DNA of 64,000 nucleotides from Selaginella moellendorffii (Eukaryota; Plantae; Lycopodiophyta): NCBI RefSeq assembly GCF_000143415.4, contig NW_003314282.1, positions 97,700 to 161,699 of the forward strand, read 5' to 3'. Shown piece by piece: positions 62,879 to 64,000 of this stretch (position 1 is its first letter; each line of letters starts with the position of its first letter). The notes under the pieces were generated by a model. It saw only the letters and a program-made list of their open reading frames with translations, ran no database searches and was not told where the DNA came from. The position numbers and the translations under genes were made by a program.

Positions 62879-63318
62879 GGTTGGACTTGTGATGGTCAGG
62901 CATGGTTCCATTTTAGGGAGAAAAGATTGAAGTTTTTCACTATTTTGACTTGACTTTGGGACCAGTTTTGATGTACTCCCCAAGAACTTATATCCCCAAA
63001 AGCTGGCAACACTGCTGCGTCTACTTTGCAATTTTAATAGTGGAAAGTTGTCTATTTTTCATTGGCCATAGTTATGGTGCTGCAGCTGGTTGTGGCCATG
63101 GCTGCTGCCATTGCCATTGGCCCCTTGCTATTGGCTCTAGCCATGGTTGGTGTGGCTGTGCCATTGCAGATTGTGCTAAAAACATCACTCAAAGGTAAGG
63201 TTTTTCTTTTTACTTGATGTGGTTATTGTTGAGATTGTATTCTCCCATAGTCAGCATCACATTGAAAAGATGTAGTATATATATCTTTTTGTAGACAGTA
63301 TTTATATAAATTTGCTAC

Positions 63319-64000
63319 TATAAGTCTAAGTATACAGCTATGATGCCGTACTAATATTAGCGTAGTGGGATTTTGGTAGTTGTTAAATTGGTTTTAATCT
63401 AGACCACTCACTCATATATATAAGCTAAGGTTTTTGGGCTAATTGATATGCATATTTTCTATATTCCCTTTCCATATTCCATACACTCACATTGGTGGAG
63501 GTGAGGGGCACTTTTGATTATCCCTGAGGAGTGCTTAGATTTAGGATTTTTATTTAAATTTAGCTTTTGCATTGCCTAGATTTAGTTTTTTCCATTTCCT
63601 TTTTTTTGTTCTTTCCTTTCAGGATTTTGGTTTAAATTTAGCTTTTGTATTGTTTAGATCTCATTTTCCTTCTAGCTTTTTTCATTTCTCTTCTTTTTCT
63701 CTTTCCTTTTCATTTATTCATTTTTATGGCAGAGCAATAATCTCCTCTTCAGACTCTAGAGCAACAATTGGTGCAATTGCTTGATGCTATGTGATTGCAA
63801 TTGAATAACCAAACTCAGTTGATGGCGGCATTCATAGCATATAGTACAGCTCTTTTTGCTCTTGGTGCTAGTCCTCGCATTCAGCCGGAGTTCTTTTGTG
63901 GGAATTTTAGGGATGATGTGTACTATTGATTTGATCACTTCATGGTGATTGCCACATATTATTCTTGGGATGATGCTCAATGTTTGCATGAGTTTCCCAT
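63319..64000 (+). mobile_element. 5' LTR, PBS and decayed gag start of the same gypsy family as 12433-18548, cut by window end
   Basis: LTR ending CACTCACA at 63491 is the reverse complement of 18376-18548, followed by TTGGTGGAGGTGAGGGGCAC and gag homology to ~17890-18350. Confidence 0.85.

Noticed and set aside
61893-62953. ORFs of 117-236 aa as genes
   Set aside because: Assembled from a 138-bp duplication and TRIM LTRs; a possible transposon relic with no motif I can name.

Overview
Compact plant nuclear DNA with many ~50-60 bp GT-AG introns, intronless PLS-class PPR genes and nested LTR elements. The style fits a lycophyte such as Selaginella (inference). 1-12 kb holds ordinary genes: a PLAA/DOA1 3' part, two divergent GASA/snakin genes, a WAT1/UMAMIT transporter, SerRS, two intronless 2OG-Fe(II) oxygenases and an F-box gene. 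12.4-18.5 kb is a decayed Ty3/gypsy element with a solo LTR nested in its integrase. 21-61 kb contains a rearranged cluster of five loci encoding large helical-repeat (TPR-like) CHAT caspase-like proteases: two intact fused genes, one copy cleanly split into two intact divergent genes (helical half and protease half), and two pseudogenes. Among them lie PPR-DYW, NIPA, DREB2-like AP2, PPR-E and tRNA-Ala genes. The main candidate system is the last intact CHAT gene, which sits head-to-head, 121 bp away, from an unannotated gene whose motif order resembles alpha-hemolysin/leukocidin beta-pore-forming toxins. This suggests a protease-activated pore (pyroptosis-like) module in a plant. A 324-bp TRIM with identical tRNA-bearing LTRs and a TSD lies at 62.6-62.9 kb.
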